From Monocercomonoides exilis PA203 (taxonomy: Eukaryota > Protista > Preaxostyla), in NCBI GenBank assembly GCA_001643675.2, contig LSRY02000048.1, positions 665,019 through 729,018 on the forward strand: a stretch of 64,000 bases of DNA, in the 5' to 3' direction. The translations under genes and the position numbers were made by a program. The notes under the pieces are model-generated. The model did not search any database and was not told the DNA's origin. It saw only the letters and a list, made by a program, of their open reading frames with translations. Positions within the stretch are counted from its first letter, which is position 1; each line of letters begins with the position of its first letter. Positions 1-14,600 of this stretch are shown one piece after another.

Positions 1-774
1 TTGATTTTTCAAAATTATGTTTAAATAAGTCTTAATAACATAATCAAACATAAAAAATTGTTTTATCTATTGAAAAATGCGTTTAAATGTAGAATTTTCG
101 AACATTTAAAATTTGACCCAAAATTCATTAATTGATTAATTAATTTTTATTTTTTCTGTGTAAATCATCATCGTGTATAGTCACAATCGGATAGAGTCAC
201 AAAAAGTTGTGCAAAAACCGATGTGATTATATCCGGTTTAGACTGTACAGTGATGAAGAATGCAAAGCTCTTGAGGATGAAGATTTTGGTCCTGAAGAAG
301 AGGAAGAAGAGGCTGACACTGAAATGTTTCACGAAGATGAATCTTCAAAGAAAGATTATGTGCGTGAAACAGATGCATCATCAGATGGGGCCAGGGACGG
401 AGCTGATGCATCTGAATGGGAGGCTGATAAATATATACCGATTTTTCCACATATCATTCTTCTTAAATTTTAAAACAACATGTTCTCTTTGATTATTTCT
501 TTGTAATATAAAGATTTGTGAGGTGGCTTATAAGTACCATTTGCCAACTTTTGAAGCAAGGATGCATTTTTGTCATTCATTTTCGTTGATTTTTTCATGT
601 GCAAAGCACGGAAATGCATAAAATAATGAAACTTTCAAAAATAATAAAATATTTTTTTGAAATATCAAATTCAAATATAATCTTCAATTTTGTTAATTGA
701 GTCATTCCAAGTGTCGCATTCGCTCAGTGCATTTCATAATTGCGAATAAGGTTGATTTCTGTTTTTTTTCGATG

Positions 775-953
775 TGTCACACAAAAAATAATTCTAATTC
801 GAAAAAAAATAATTCGATTTCGGAATTAATAATACAATTTCGTAATTTATTAATTCAATTTCGAAAAAGAATAATTCAATTTTGAAATCGAATTAATAAA
901 TTCCGAAATTGTATTATTTTTTTTCGAATTAGAATTATTTTTGGTGTATGACA
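775..953. repeat. Imperfect palindrome / MITE-like foldback element, member of a dispersed AT-rich repeat family
   Basis: Left arm tgtcacacaaaaaataattctaattcgaaaaaaaataat matches the reverse complement of the right arm (tgtcatacaccaaaaataattctaattcgaaaaaaaataat). Related sequence recurs at ~35779-35860, ~36120-36215 and, inverted, at ~36735-36843. Confidence 0.7.
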
Positions 954-1296
954 AAAAATTACACAAATAAGTGATTTCAAAAATGAAATATTGCCGAGAA
1001 AGAACAATATTGATATATGAAACAGAATTCATTCTCATCCTTTATTCAAGTTTATTTCATCTCAAATAGAAAGAAAGCTTCCGAAAAATGATTTTTAAAA
1101 AAATTTAGAACAAACAGCAATGAATTTAAAAGAGATAGGTGTTTCCTGTTGAGGACCATCTTTTAAAACTAATATGAAAGGATTCTACAAAGAATAATTT
1201 GTTGACAACAAATTCATTTTTTATCACATTTTTTGTTAATTATGCCCATATTTTATAAATATCACAGAATAGAAAAAAATATTCTCTTGAGGAGCA

Positions 1297-4200
1297 ATGC
1301 TGACTATTTTGATTTATTGCCTGTTATGTCGTCATGCAATGGAACTTGATAATCCAAGTTATCAATTGTCGAAAAACATTAACGAATGCAGTGAAAAAGA
1401 CAATCAATTTATTGTTTCTGACAAAGAATCAAAATCTCTGTTGTATCCAAGCGCAGATCCGAGTGAACAAATGAATGCAACGAAGAAAGGAAAAGAAAAT
1501 ATCGAAAGTACTGCAATGACTGAAACGTTGAAGTCCGCAATTGAAAAATCATCAGATTATTCAGAAAAAAATGCTCATGACTCGGAAATAATAACCAAAT
1601 GCAGTGAAGATGTTCTGCACGAAGATGATCCAATAAACGATAGTACTCAAATGAATAATGATTTGTTGAATAATGAGGAAAAAGAGGAAGTTTTCTTAAA
1701 TGGAGAAGATGGGAATGATGATGCAGAATGCGGAAAATCAGAATCGAAACCCTGCAAAACAATAAAAAGAGCGGTCGAGAAATGCATTCAAAAAGAATCA
1801 ATAATTTTATGCACAACTGAGGAAAGTAACAAATATGATGCTGAGCCAATCACATTTGAAGATCGGAACGTTGAGATCAAAAGCAATGACAACTTCTTCA
1901 TTACAATCATCACTGCTTTAGATGAATCAAAGGTTCAACAGGGTGATGCACTGCTAAATATTAAGCAAAACGGACGTCTTACTCTGGAAAAAGCATATGT
2001 TCAAGTAAATTCTTCACGTGAAAGTGGCCGAAATCAGGGTTTGACTCTTGTAGAAGGAGATAATGCGACTTTTAAGGCTAGTCACACGCATATAACAATT
2101 GCTGATTACGAGAAAGGGTTGAATTGCGTTTTATTTGAATGTAAATTAGGATCATTGCATTTTTTTGAAACAGAAATTTCGCACTTTAGATCTTCTTTCG
2201 CTTTAATACATGCAGAAGTATCAGATGCAGTTGTTTTCTTTTGTTCAACGTTGAATGGACTCACAACAACAAGTACAACACAATCAGTAATTACGATTAT
2301 GAGTGGATGCAAGCTGCTGGCTTTGATAGATTCAAATTTTTCAGATTGTTGCTCAACAGAACATAAACTAGGAGGGGCATTATATTGGGAAATAGGAAAC
2401 GGAGATAATACTCATGAAATAGCAAATTCAAACTTTTGCAATTGCTCTTGCAAGAGCAAAGAAGCAAACGGACATCAAAACGAAGAATCAAAAGGTGGAG
2501 CAATGTACATTCGTGGAAATGATGGAGTGATCGATGCATTGAATCTTTCTTTGAAAAATGTTGCATTCTCCGATTGTTCAGCTGACAAAGGTGAATATAT
2601 ATTTTTGTCTTTGGCATCTGGCCGAGAACAAATACCGGAAGACAAATTATCATTTGATATGGAAGAGATTTATGGAAAGCCAAATTTCATTTTATTGGAA
2701 GAAAGGAAAGATGGAATTGGCAACATTATTGACCTAATGAACGATGGGACAAAAAGGCTTCCATATTCTGCACAAAATATCTATGTTGGAGGAGAGACAT
2801 CAAGCCAGGAAAAAACTTGCGGAAGGAAAGAAGAACCTTGCAATTTGTTGAAAACAGGTAAAAGCCACATAGTCAAAGGCGGTCATGCTATGATATTTGT
2901 GATTGGAAGAGTTGCTGTTGATGAACCATTTATATATGATGAAGCTGTAACATTAACATCTGCCATAAATGATTGCTCAATGCCATTTTCTGAAAATGAA
3001 CAAAAACGAGGAATTCTACGTGTTGGAGCGAAGATTGAAGCTAAAGAATCAAAAGCTGTTTTTGAGATTCAATATCGTGATACAAAAATTGAGCATATCG
3101 ATTTTGAATATCCTGATGCCATTGAAGGAGATGTGCTGGATATAATTTATGATAAAAACAGCTTACAAATATTTGACGTGGTGTTCAGACCTTGGAAGAC
3201 TGAGCTAAAGGGAGAAAATGTTCTTGGCGGAGAAGGAAAACCTTTGCCATACAGGCTGATTGTGAAAGAAAAATCAACGGGCGACATTACCAGGTTGGTT
3301 GTCCATGGAAGAAATAGCAATGATAATGGGGAAAATCATCGAAACAACAATCAAATGGAAAATTTTATAAAACTAAGTGAAATGGAAGAAATCAAACAAA
3401 ATTCTGGAATCGTTGAAGAAGTCGTAGAAGATGACAATCCGTTGTGTTCTTGGGATTCTGGACTTATATTCATTAATCAGGGTTATTATTCATACATCAA
3501 CGACAGTTCATTTACCGATATCAGCGAGGGTGCCATTTTTGTGGAATCATCTAGTTTGAATATGAACAATTGCAGCTTTGAAAATAACCATCCGATCAAT
3601 GAAGATTGGATGAAATTTCCTTCTCTGCATCACAACTTCCGTGTTAAGAAGAAAAGTACTGATGAATACATTTACATTAATTCATTGAGAAAAGGAAGTG
3701 ATGGGACAGAGGGAAAGCCATTGGGAATGATTTCTTTTGCTAATGTTGGAGGATCTGCTGTGGATAACACAAGCTCACTTTTTTTCATACCTGTTTTGTT
3801 GAATGTATCTCTGGAAAAAGAGGATCAGAGGAATGTAAATGGAATGGTTTATCGAACAAATGACGAATCTGTCATTGCGGTTGTGAGCGGAGAATATTTA
3901 TTTCCTTGCGGTTTGACGTTTGAAGCATCAAAGAAAAGAAAAGACCAAGAACTGAAATGGATTGATTGCCCTGTTTCAGAATATGTTAACGAAACAAGAA
4001 TGAATGTTAAAATCCCGAAATCGGTTCTTGATATTGATGACTACACATCTATTGTCTGCCGCTTATCTTATCCAAATGGCATGATGGATGAAAAAAAGAG
4101 CAAATCAAAAGAGTTTGTTTTCGTAAAGCAAAAGAAAGAAGAAACTGCAAATGACGAACCTAAAGACAAGAAATCTTCTCACATAATTATAATCGCTGTT

Positions 4201-4311
4201 TCCGTGAGCGTTTTTGTTGTGGTTGCAGTGGTTATAGCCATTGTTGTTATTTGTGTTGTGAAATATAAGAATCGCAATCGGTACAAGTCAATTAACGATA
4301 TATCGAAATGA
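1297..4311 (+). CDS. Type-I membrane surface protein, 1004 aa, predicted beta-helix/pectin-lyase-like (Pmp-like) ectodomain
   Basis: Uninterrupted ORF with an N-terminal hydrophobic signal, two CG-x4-5-PC motifs (CGKSESKPC, CGRKEEPC), GGA(L/M)Y motifs, F-x-N/D-C repeats, a C-terminal TM helix (IIIIAVSVSVFVVVAVVIAIVVICVV) and a short tail containing YKSI. Confidence 0.85.
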   Translation: MLTILIYCLLCRHAMELDNPSYQLSKNINECSEKDNQFIVSDKESKSLLYPSADPSEQMNATKKGKENIESTAMTETLKSAIEKSSDYSEKNAHDSEIITKCSEDVLHEDDPINDSTQMNNDLLNNEEKEEVFLNGEDGNDDAECGKSESKPCKTIKRAVEKCIQKESIILCTTEESNKYDAEPITFEDRNVEIKSNDNFFITIITALDESKVQQGDALLNIKQNGRLTLEKAYVQVNSSRESGRNQGLTLVEGDNATFKASHTHITIADYEKGLNCVLFECKLGSLHFFETEISHFRSSFALIHAEVSDAVVFFCSTLNGLTTTSTTQSVITIMSGCKLLALIDSNFSDCCSTEHKLGGALYWEIGNGDNTHEIANSNFCNCSCKSKEANGHQNEESKGGAMYIRGNDGVIDALNLSLKNVAFSDCSADKGEYIFLSLASGREQIPEDKLSFDMEEIYGKPNFILLEERKDGIGNIIDLMNDGTKRLPYSAQNIYVGGETSSQEKTCGRKEEPCNLLKTGKSHIVKGGHAMIFVIGRVAVDEPFIYDEAVTLTSAINDCSMPFSENEQKRGILRVGAKIEAKESKAVFEIQYRDTKIEHIDFEYPDAIEGDVLDIIYDKNSLQIFDVVFRPWKTELKGENVLGGEGKPLPYRLIVKEKSTGDITRLVVHGRNSNDNGENHRNNNQMENFIKLSEMEEIKQNSGIVEEVVEDDNPLCSWDSGLIFINQGYYSYINDSSFTDISEGAIFVESSSLNMNNCSFENNHPINEDWMKFPSLHHNFRVKKKSTDEYIYINSLRKGSDGTEGKPLGMISFANVGGSAVDNTSSLFFIPVLLNVSLEKEDQRNVNGMVYRTNDESVIAVVSGEYLFPCGLTFEASKKRKDQELKWIDCPVSEYVNETRMNVKIPKSVLDIDDYTSIVCRLSYPNGMMDEKKSKSKEFVFVKQKKEETANDEPKDKKSSHIIIIAVSVSVFVVVAVVIAIVVICVVKYKNRNRYKSINDISK

Positions 4312-4672
4312 AAAAGGAAGCAAGAGAATTATCATAAATGAAATTTAATAAAAGAGTTTGCTTCTGATTATCGTCGTTTTTGAAAAAGAAAAAGGGGTAT
4401 TTATTTATATTTCTATTTCTATTTCTATTTTATTTTATTTTATTTTTTTAAATAAGCAAATCTTTTTGTACAGAATTGCTTTTATTGGAGATCTGTTATA
4501 TACTTCCAGATCGTTTTCTGTTAAGATTTTAATTTCCATTTCATAGAGTGAATGGTAATTGATCTTTCTTCTTGACATGTTTATAAACATATCACAAACA
4601 ATTTTTGATTGAAAATACTGTTAAACGAACATCTCATAAATATTCCAATAAATGAGCATTCAAGATGAATAA

Positions 4673-4675
<3 letters not shown>

Positions 4676-4746
<71 letters not shown>
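4676..4746 (+). repeat. Compound microsatellite: poly(T) followed by (GT)n
   Basis: Directly visible T run followed by a GT dinucleotide run. Confidence 0.95.
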
Positions 4747-4748
<2 letters not shown>

Positions 4749-5699
4749 ATTTTTCGAAAAGTCTAATCAGTCGTATTTTGCACATAAAAAGTGTTTTTAA
4801 CTTAAATAAACATAAAAGCAAACTTGAAACAAGATTTCAATTTTGAATAATCAAATTAAATATGATATTTGAATCATAAAATAATTCAAGAAAAGAGAGA
4901 AAATATTGAAATTATCATTCTTCATTAATGTTGTATAAAAAAACAAAACTTTTATAACTTTTTCGTTTTTTTGAGAAATGTTAAAATTTTTATTGAGTCA
5001 AATTATTAAAATAGTGAAACAAATACAATCTAAATCGTATGCAATCCCATCGAACACAATTCACATCATCTATTTTCAAAATTTCCTATGCATCGACATC
5101 TTTTGCTTGTTTTTCACTTATTTTCCATCACAAACAATAACAGGGCCCAATATATATAATAACATTTTGTTTCATAATGGGTTCATTTTTAGTTGAAAAA
5201 TTAAATTTTAATATTTTTAAAATTTATTCAAATGCATTTAATTATTGTTTTTGAAATGATTTAAATTATTTTTTCAATAGAAAAAAGTGCAGTTGTGAAG
5301 AATTTTCAAAAATTGGAAATAAAACCAAAAATTCAAAAATTAATTAATTGGGGGGAAAAACGGACTTTTATGCTTTTTTTTGCACAAAGCATGAAAATTT
5401 TGTTTCACTCGCAATATTATAAAACTTTATCAGATTTCAAAATGAATAAGATTCTCATTTCCATAAACCGGTGTCATTGATATAATAGTTAAGAACAAAA
5501 CCCGCACTTTTGCAAAAACCCGCACACTTGACATTTTCCATCGAAATGCTATTCCACTTTCATATGTGTGAAAGCGTTTTGCATTTCATTTCCACCATTA
5601 ACTATTATTTGTCCAATATTTTATATTTCGATAGAAAAATCAAAAACAAATAATTTTGATCTTTTTTGATCTTTTGATTTTTCAATCGAAATACAATTT

Positions 5700-5917
5700 G
5701 GCTGATCCTTTTTTAATTCTAACTTTCGTTCGAGTTTTGATTCAAACAATAATCTTAATGGGATTTTTCATAAAAAAAAAAAAAAAAATAATTTTCTTTT
5801 TTTTCGTCATCATGCATTGGATGTGTATACCGGTGTTGTTCATTTTTCCAAAACCCCATTAAGAACAAAATTTTGATCAAAACTCGAACGAAAGGATGAT
5901 TTCAAAAAGGATCAGCC
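5700..5917. mobile_element. MITE-like non-autonomous DNA transposon (~218 bp) with ~70-bp imperfect terminal inverted repeats
   Basis: GGCTGATCCTTTTT...CTTTCGTTCGAGTTTTGAT...TCTTAATGGG at the left is mirrored by CCCATTAAGA...ATCAAAACTCGAACGAAAG...AAAAAGGATCAGCC at the right. ATTT flanks both ends (5696-5699, 5918-5921), a possible 4-bp TSD. Confidence 0.75.
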
Positions 5918-6345
5918 ATTTTTTTGTTTATTTCATTAAGGGAATATAATTATTTTTTTATTTTTGTTTTTATTTTTTTAATTTTGCTTGATACACATTT
6001 CATGAAATTCTAGTTCATGTGCGTTTGCTAATTTTGTTCAATCGTTCGGTGAATGTACAAGATTGTCTCTTCAAAGATAACATTTTTCAAAAAAGGATGT
6101 CCTTGTCAAAAATAAATCAACTATTCCACAAAAAAGATGAAAATGCATTTGCCAAATTATGCATTCAAAGTTTAAACATAATTCAATTTTATTTTGCATT
6201 TTACTAACAATAAAAGATAAATCATTTATTCAAGATAAAACAAAAAATGAAAATATCTTTATTTTTAAGATTAAAAATGTTTTCATAATTTTAATTTCAA
6301 ATGTTTCGGTTCGAATCAAGAAAAATGAAGTGATCCAGAAATGTC

Positions 6346-7440
6346 TCAGAACATCATTCTAAATAAAATTACAATCAGAATAATCAAAACTATGACTAAA
6401 AAAAGGATTAAGCACCACTTCTTTTTGTCTAAAAGAATATTCATATCATTAAATGAGTAAGATAAAAATTTGAAAAAGCAGTTATCATTGAATGAAAAAA
6501 AAAATAAAAAAATGAATAAGTATTACAAAAAACGATGAAACCTTTTGTATTTATTATTTTATCCATCGCCTTATTGAGTACACCTAATTTTCTATTTTGT
6601 TTTTCCACGTTTTCACTGATTTCTTCAATTTCTCGCGTTGTATCGTCGACAGCATTTCCAATTTCAAGTCCGACTTGATGAAGAGTTTGCGCATGTTCGT
6701 GAAGAATATCTAATTTGTTGTCTTGATCACGAAAAATTTGCTATTTTTTATGGAATTTCATATTTTTGGCACAAGCAACAAAAATTATTTTGATGGACAA
6801 ACCTCTTGCTGTAATGTCTCTTCTTCCAAATACTTTTGATTAAATGCTGTCATTTCTTCTTCAAATCGTTTTTTTGTAGATATTTGAGGTTCTTGTGGAA
6901 TCAATCTCTTATAGGAAGAATTTCAGTAATTTTTAAATAGAAATAAGATTCACACGTTCCTCTGTATCTGACGCATTTTTTGCTTTGATAATGATGAATT
7001 TATTGATTCTTCAATTGCTTGTATTTGATCTTTGACTTCTCTATAAAATGTCCGTCGACGCTCAATTTCCTCAAAAGATACCCCATACTTCTGGGAATGT
7101 GCTTCAGTAAGATCTATTTGATGTTTCAAAATTTAATATTTTTTTAATCTCATGAAAAAACCTATTGTTTGTCCAAAATATGCTAAATCATCTGAAAATG
7201 AATGGATACTTTCCTTTAAATCTGCAGTAGCTTTATCTAATATTTCAAAATTCCCATCAGCTAAAAGCTGCTTCCATCTTGAATGCGCATCATTCAAACG
7301 AGAAATTGTTCTCTGTATTTCACTTCATAAAAAAAACAAAAACCATACACATAACATAATTATAAAAATAAGCACCCTTTTGTAAGATAATATGGATCTG
7401 TTGTTGTTGTTGACGAAGATTTAGAATCTTTATACGCCAT
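6346..7440 (-). CDS. STX6: Syntaxin-6/Tlg1/SYP61-like Qc-SNARE (multi-exon, not recovered by the ORF track)
   Basis: Manual translation gives an N-terminal MAYKDSKSSSTTTTDPYYLTK (syntaxin-6 N-terminal DPF/Y motif), a SNARE motif QIFRDQDNKLDILHEHAQTLHQVGLEIGNAVDDTTREIEEISENVEKQNRKLGVLNKAMDKII (~6550-6740), and a last-exon TM anchor KKKWCLILFLVIVLIILIVILFRMMF*. Introns are GT-AG. Confidence 0.85.
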
Positions 7441-7838
7441 TACAAAAATATCATATTAACTGAGAAGACAATATGGTTGTAACTGAAATTGAAATTTTCA
7501 AAACAATTTCTTTTAAAAGATAACAAAAAAAAATGCAACCAATAAATTGAAACAACGGTGAATTGAGCAAAAAACAAATCAAAAAAACAAATCAAAATAT
7601 TGAAAAATTTTCACATAATGTAAGTTTCATGCATTCATCAAAAAATATAATTTGAAGAGCAAATTTTCAATGCAAAAAGAATGACAACCAATTACCTCTT
7701 TTGTACCTTTGAACCAAAGCGAAAATTTCATAAAAGGCATAATTTTTGAGATAATGAACATGTAAGAAAAAATCCATCGTGGAGCAAATACGCTAAGTTC
7801 TCATTGTAAATTAAAAAAATACTTTTTTCATTAAAGTT

Positions 7839-8841
7839 CTATTCTTCATTTGATGCATTTGCTTTTATTTCATTTAGGAGTAATGATGCCTTTCGAAATA
7901 GAACTGGCTGAATAGCATTTGATTGTTCATTATCTTCACAAATTGGACTTATAATCTGATCCTTGGTGATGTTTTTCTCAATGACAATCTTTTCGCCAAT
8001 TGGTTTCACCTCTTGAGTAAGTTGCCCTTCTTCCTCATCTTCGTTGTCGTCACATTCATTTGAATGCTTTCGTTTTTCTGGAGATTCCTCCAAGGATACT
8101 ATTTCAGATCCTTCACCTTGACCATCTGTTTCTGTAAGCTCAATACTTGTATCAACTGTATCTACCCAATCTGCTTCGTTGTTTTGCATCCAATCCGGAT
8201 CTTCTTCTTCACAATTTTCTTCCTTCTGCTCCATTGATTTATCAAGTCCATCCATTGCAAGAATTGACTGTTGCTCGGATAAGCCAAGTTGTTCCTTTGA
8301 ATTAACTTCAGAAGCACATGGAACGTTACATGATGATGCTGATGGTGAACTTTCTTTTTTTGATTCTCCATTATTTTCAATTCCATCTCTGCTTTCACTT
8401 TCAATACTCTCCGTTATCTGAAAAATTTCGAAAGAAAATTAATAGCAAATCTTCAGTTTTTAATAATAATAGCAAAACAACCTTTTGAAGATTGAGTGTC
8501 TTTGATTTTAATTCAGGTGGTTGCAAGGATTCTAAGGCTTGCTCTGGATGTTGAATCATGTCTATTCTTGTCTGATAATAGTGAAGTGCGTCGCAACCCG
8601 AAGAGAATCTTTCTTTTAACTGTAGTAACTTGTGCTCAATCTTTGATTGAAGAGGAGATGCAATCCTATCCTTTAATAAAAATAAACATATTTTATTATA
8701 TTGCTCTTGACTCAATGGTGGAGATGGTAATGATTCTTCTGCTTTTGAAGACATGCAGACTTCAATGACGGCTTTAACAAATGGATATAGAAATTGAGGA
8801 GCATCAACGGTGTAGCTCGATAGAGATGAATGAGTTTTCAT
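7839..8841 (-). CDS. Hypothetical protein (two exons; helical N-terminal region, acidic C-terminal region)
   Basis: ATG at 8841 (MKTHSSLSS...). An AT-rich intron at ~8417-8482 joins the 8401-8970 and 7839-8255 reading frames. No family recognised. Confidence 0.65.
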
Positions 8842-9091
8842 TTTAAAGTCAAATCTAAAATAAATGCAGCAATAAAAGCGACAATAGAAGATTCGACAAA
8901 ATTGTTGTACATATTTTATTTTAATATCAAGCAAAGGCATACTTGAAACAGTCAATTTAAAAGCTTGCAAATCAAAAATCCGGAAATAAATAAAAATTTA
9001 TGGGTTGAATATTTCGTTTGAAAGAATAATTATAATCTGAGAAATGATATCCAATAAAATATCAATTTTTTAATTCAAAAAGCAATTCCAT

Positions 9092-11605
<2,514 letters not shown>

Positions 11606-11644
11606 TTTTTATTAAGGGGAACAATTCAATTTTATTTTTTCATT

Positions 11645-14600
11645 ATGAAAAAGGCCTCTCGGTCTGAAATTCTTAAAGATTATGCAAATCTTATAAAATT
11701 AAGTAATGAAAATGTGCGTCGCTCAATTAGAATTATTTCTATTTCATTGTTGAATTTTTGTAATATTTATGTATTTTTTGTCTTTCCTCACATATGTGGT
11801 GCAATGAAATTTTAGAAAATTAATACAAAGAATACATGGTCATTGAAGCTAATTGATTACATCGATGATATTATATCAACACACGAAGAAGGTGGAAGGA
11901 CAAATTTTCAGTTAGCATCATGCACCTTGAATGCTTCTGTGCAAATCTATGGTACAAGAGTTGATTCAGTGTATCATGATGCTTTTAAAATTGTAGGAGG
12001 ACTTAATGCAGCTGGTCCACTTAATCCTGGTATGAAAATTTAAAACTTTCAACAGATTCATTTTTTTTATTTATTCAGAAACCTTTGAGGAAATAAAAGG
12101 AAAAACAAAGCACGAAACAACAAGGGTGTGATATTATTATGTAAATGAAATTGCATGCAAAATACATTTTTTCCTTATTTCAGATGAAAACTGTTGCATC
12201 ATCTCAAGCAACATTGGAAACATCAGTTGATGAAATAAACGTAAAGAAATGGGATCAAAATTTTCTTGTCGATCCGATAATTTGGAGGGCTACCAGAGAA
12301 GGAGAAGAAGGAACGCTGTCAACTTCTTTGATTGTAAATTTGGAGTCGGGTGTTTGTGGAAAGATGTTATTTGATGTTTCATCATATCAAGGAAGAGAAG
12401 AGCCAGAACGATGGTACAACGGAATGTACGTAGATGGAGCAGATTGGAAGGAGATGATGAAAGAAGATCGGAAAGCCATTGAAGAAGAAGAAAAAGCAGA
12501 AATCAAAAGCATACAAACAGAAGATGAGCCAATGTGGATATGCGAAGTTCCTTCAATAGGTCTGCGCTTTATTTGACTTGTATTTTTTTATATAAAACAT
12601 ATTTGCTTCAAAACAATATTCACAATTTCTGTTTCTATTCTTCTTTTTGTGGGGATTTTTCTTTGGACTTATCTTTTCTCTTTCTGAATGAACATTCATA
12701 TCTTCAAACTTCAAACTTGAAATTATAAAGATTTGAGTGGTTTTGAAACAGAAAACATGCAAAAGCAGATTCTGCCATCAAAGTTAGATGGAGCAGAACA
12801 GAAACGAGAGACAATGCAGACAAATGCAATGGACATCGAAGAAGAAAACAGACAGAACGATGAAAAAAGCATCCAAACATTCAAAGAAGAGATGGGTGCT
12901 GTTTCTATTTCTTCAGAAAGAGCATACGAAAGAACGGAGCACAGTGGAATGGATGCCGTCAAGCCAGTTGAAGTGAGTGAAGGATTCTGTGACGATGGAG
13001 ACGACAGCGGCCTTCTGATGGACATTGACGATGATTGGCAGCCTGCTTCTGCTGAAGATGGCTCAGACGCAACAGCAGCTGCACCATCAGCAGGTGTTTC
13101 AGGAGAACAGAAAGAAGGGGAAGAAAGAGGAAGAGAAATCAAAATTGTGAATGTTGTGAATGTTATTGGTGATGCTGCTGATGCTGGCATGGATGAAGAA
13201 GACGATGCAATGCAGTCAGCCACGCAGATTGTGACAGATGCGCTTTCAGTCTTCAACCGCCCAACAACGCCAGGCGCCTTGTTCAATGCAGAAATGGGGA
13301 AATCTGACTCCTCATCGACAATTGAGTCGCCTTCACAGAGCAGTTCTGGCTTGCCACAGGCAGAAGAAACGGGGATGTTCCAGATGGAGTCGCAGTTTGT
13401 GACACCGACGATTCGTCTGACGCCTCTCAGCGAGGCAGCCACGCCGAAGCTGTTCGAGTCGGCTGTCGATACACCTGCGGGGAGAGGGGTGATGCGGACG
13501 CCCAGCCACAAGTACTCGAAGAAGATGACAGCAGAGATGGATGCCATGATGGAGAAGGCGCTGATGGAGGTGTGGCTGGTTGTGGTTCTTGTGAAGCATT
13601 GATAATATTTCACAATCATCAATCATAATTATATATGTAATTAATTTCATATCGCCATTATATATATATCATATTCTATGCTTATTTCAGGCAACAGGCA
13701 ATGAAGATACACTGATGACACTCGATTATATGAACGGAGGGCAGATTGCCGCTCGGCGTGCAGCAGCGGCAAAACGCCGAATGATGAAAGAAGGTGAAGA
13801 AGAAGAAGAAGAGGAGAAAGAGAAAGAGAAGGAATCAAAGAAGAAGAAGAAGAAAGGAAAGAAAGGAGAAGGAGAAAGCGGAGAAGAAGAGGAAGAAGAA
13901 GAAGTGAAAGAAAGCGAGAAAAAGAAGAAATCGTCCAGGAAAAAAGGAGTGCTTGATTTCTCTCGCCCGATCGTGTTGGCAAGTGGCAAAGTTGTTCCGA
14001 ACGGAAAAGACAAAGAAAAAGATAAAGACAAAGCAGCACGTGGCTGTATCACTTCCTTGTCCTTCTCCTCTTCCGTCAGCGACTTCCAGTTTCTTGCGGA
14101 GTGTCCGTTTCCTCCACTGAAGACTGCACACGACGCAACACTCACCCGCACTACTATCAGCAAGCTGCACACACACACAGCTGTCTCTGTCCCTCGTGAC
14201 ATGCACTTCACCCTCAACTCCATCACTTCTCTCTCTCTCTTCCCCCGCAACCCAACCTTTGGCGCCACATCAACCACTTCTTCCTCATCTCCTTTCGCTT
14301 TCACATTTGCACCTCCTCTTCGTGGTCGCCCGTCGCTTCTTCCTTCTCTGCCACCAGAAGCAGCCATCCGCTTTGCCGAGCTGCGTGCTCTTTTGTCGAA
14401 TTTCGACTCTGACGCCGTGGCGATGCCACCGCTTCTGACACACACACGATCTGAAGTGGCGAGTGTGTTGGGAGCAGAAGGTGCCTCGCTGCTCGGGTGG
14501 GATCTGCAGAACGGCTCAGACATCTCTCCATTCGCACTGGCATTGCACGGAGCATCACTATCACGCACACAGACACAACAATTCAGCGAAGACATGCAGG

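Noticed and set aside
207-473. Short acidic ORF at the window start
   Set aside because: No ATG start or recognisable domain. It may be the tail of an upstream gene or pseudogene but cannot be supported from this window.
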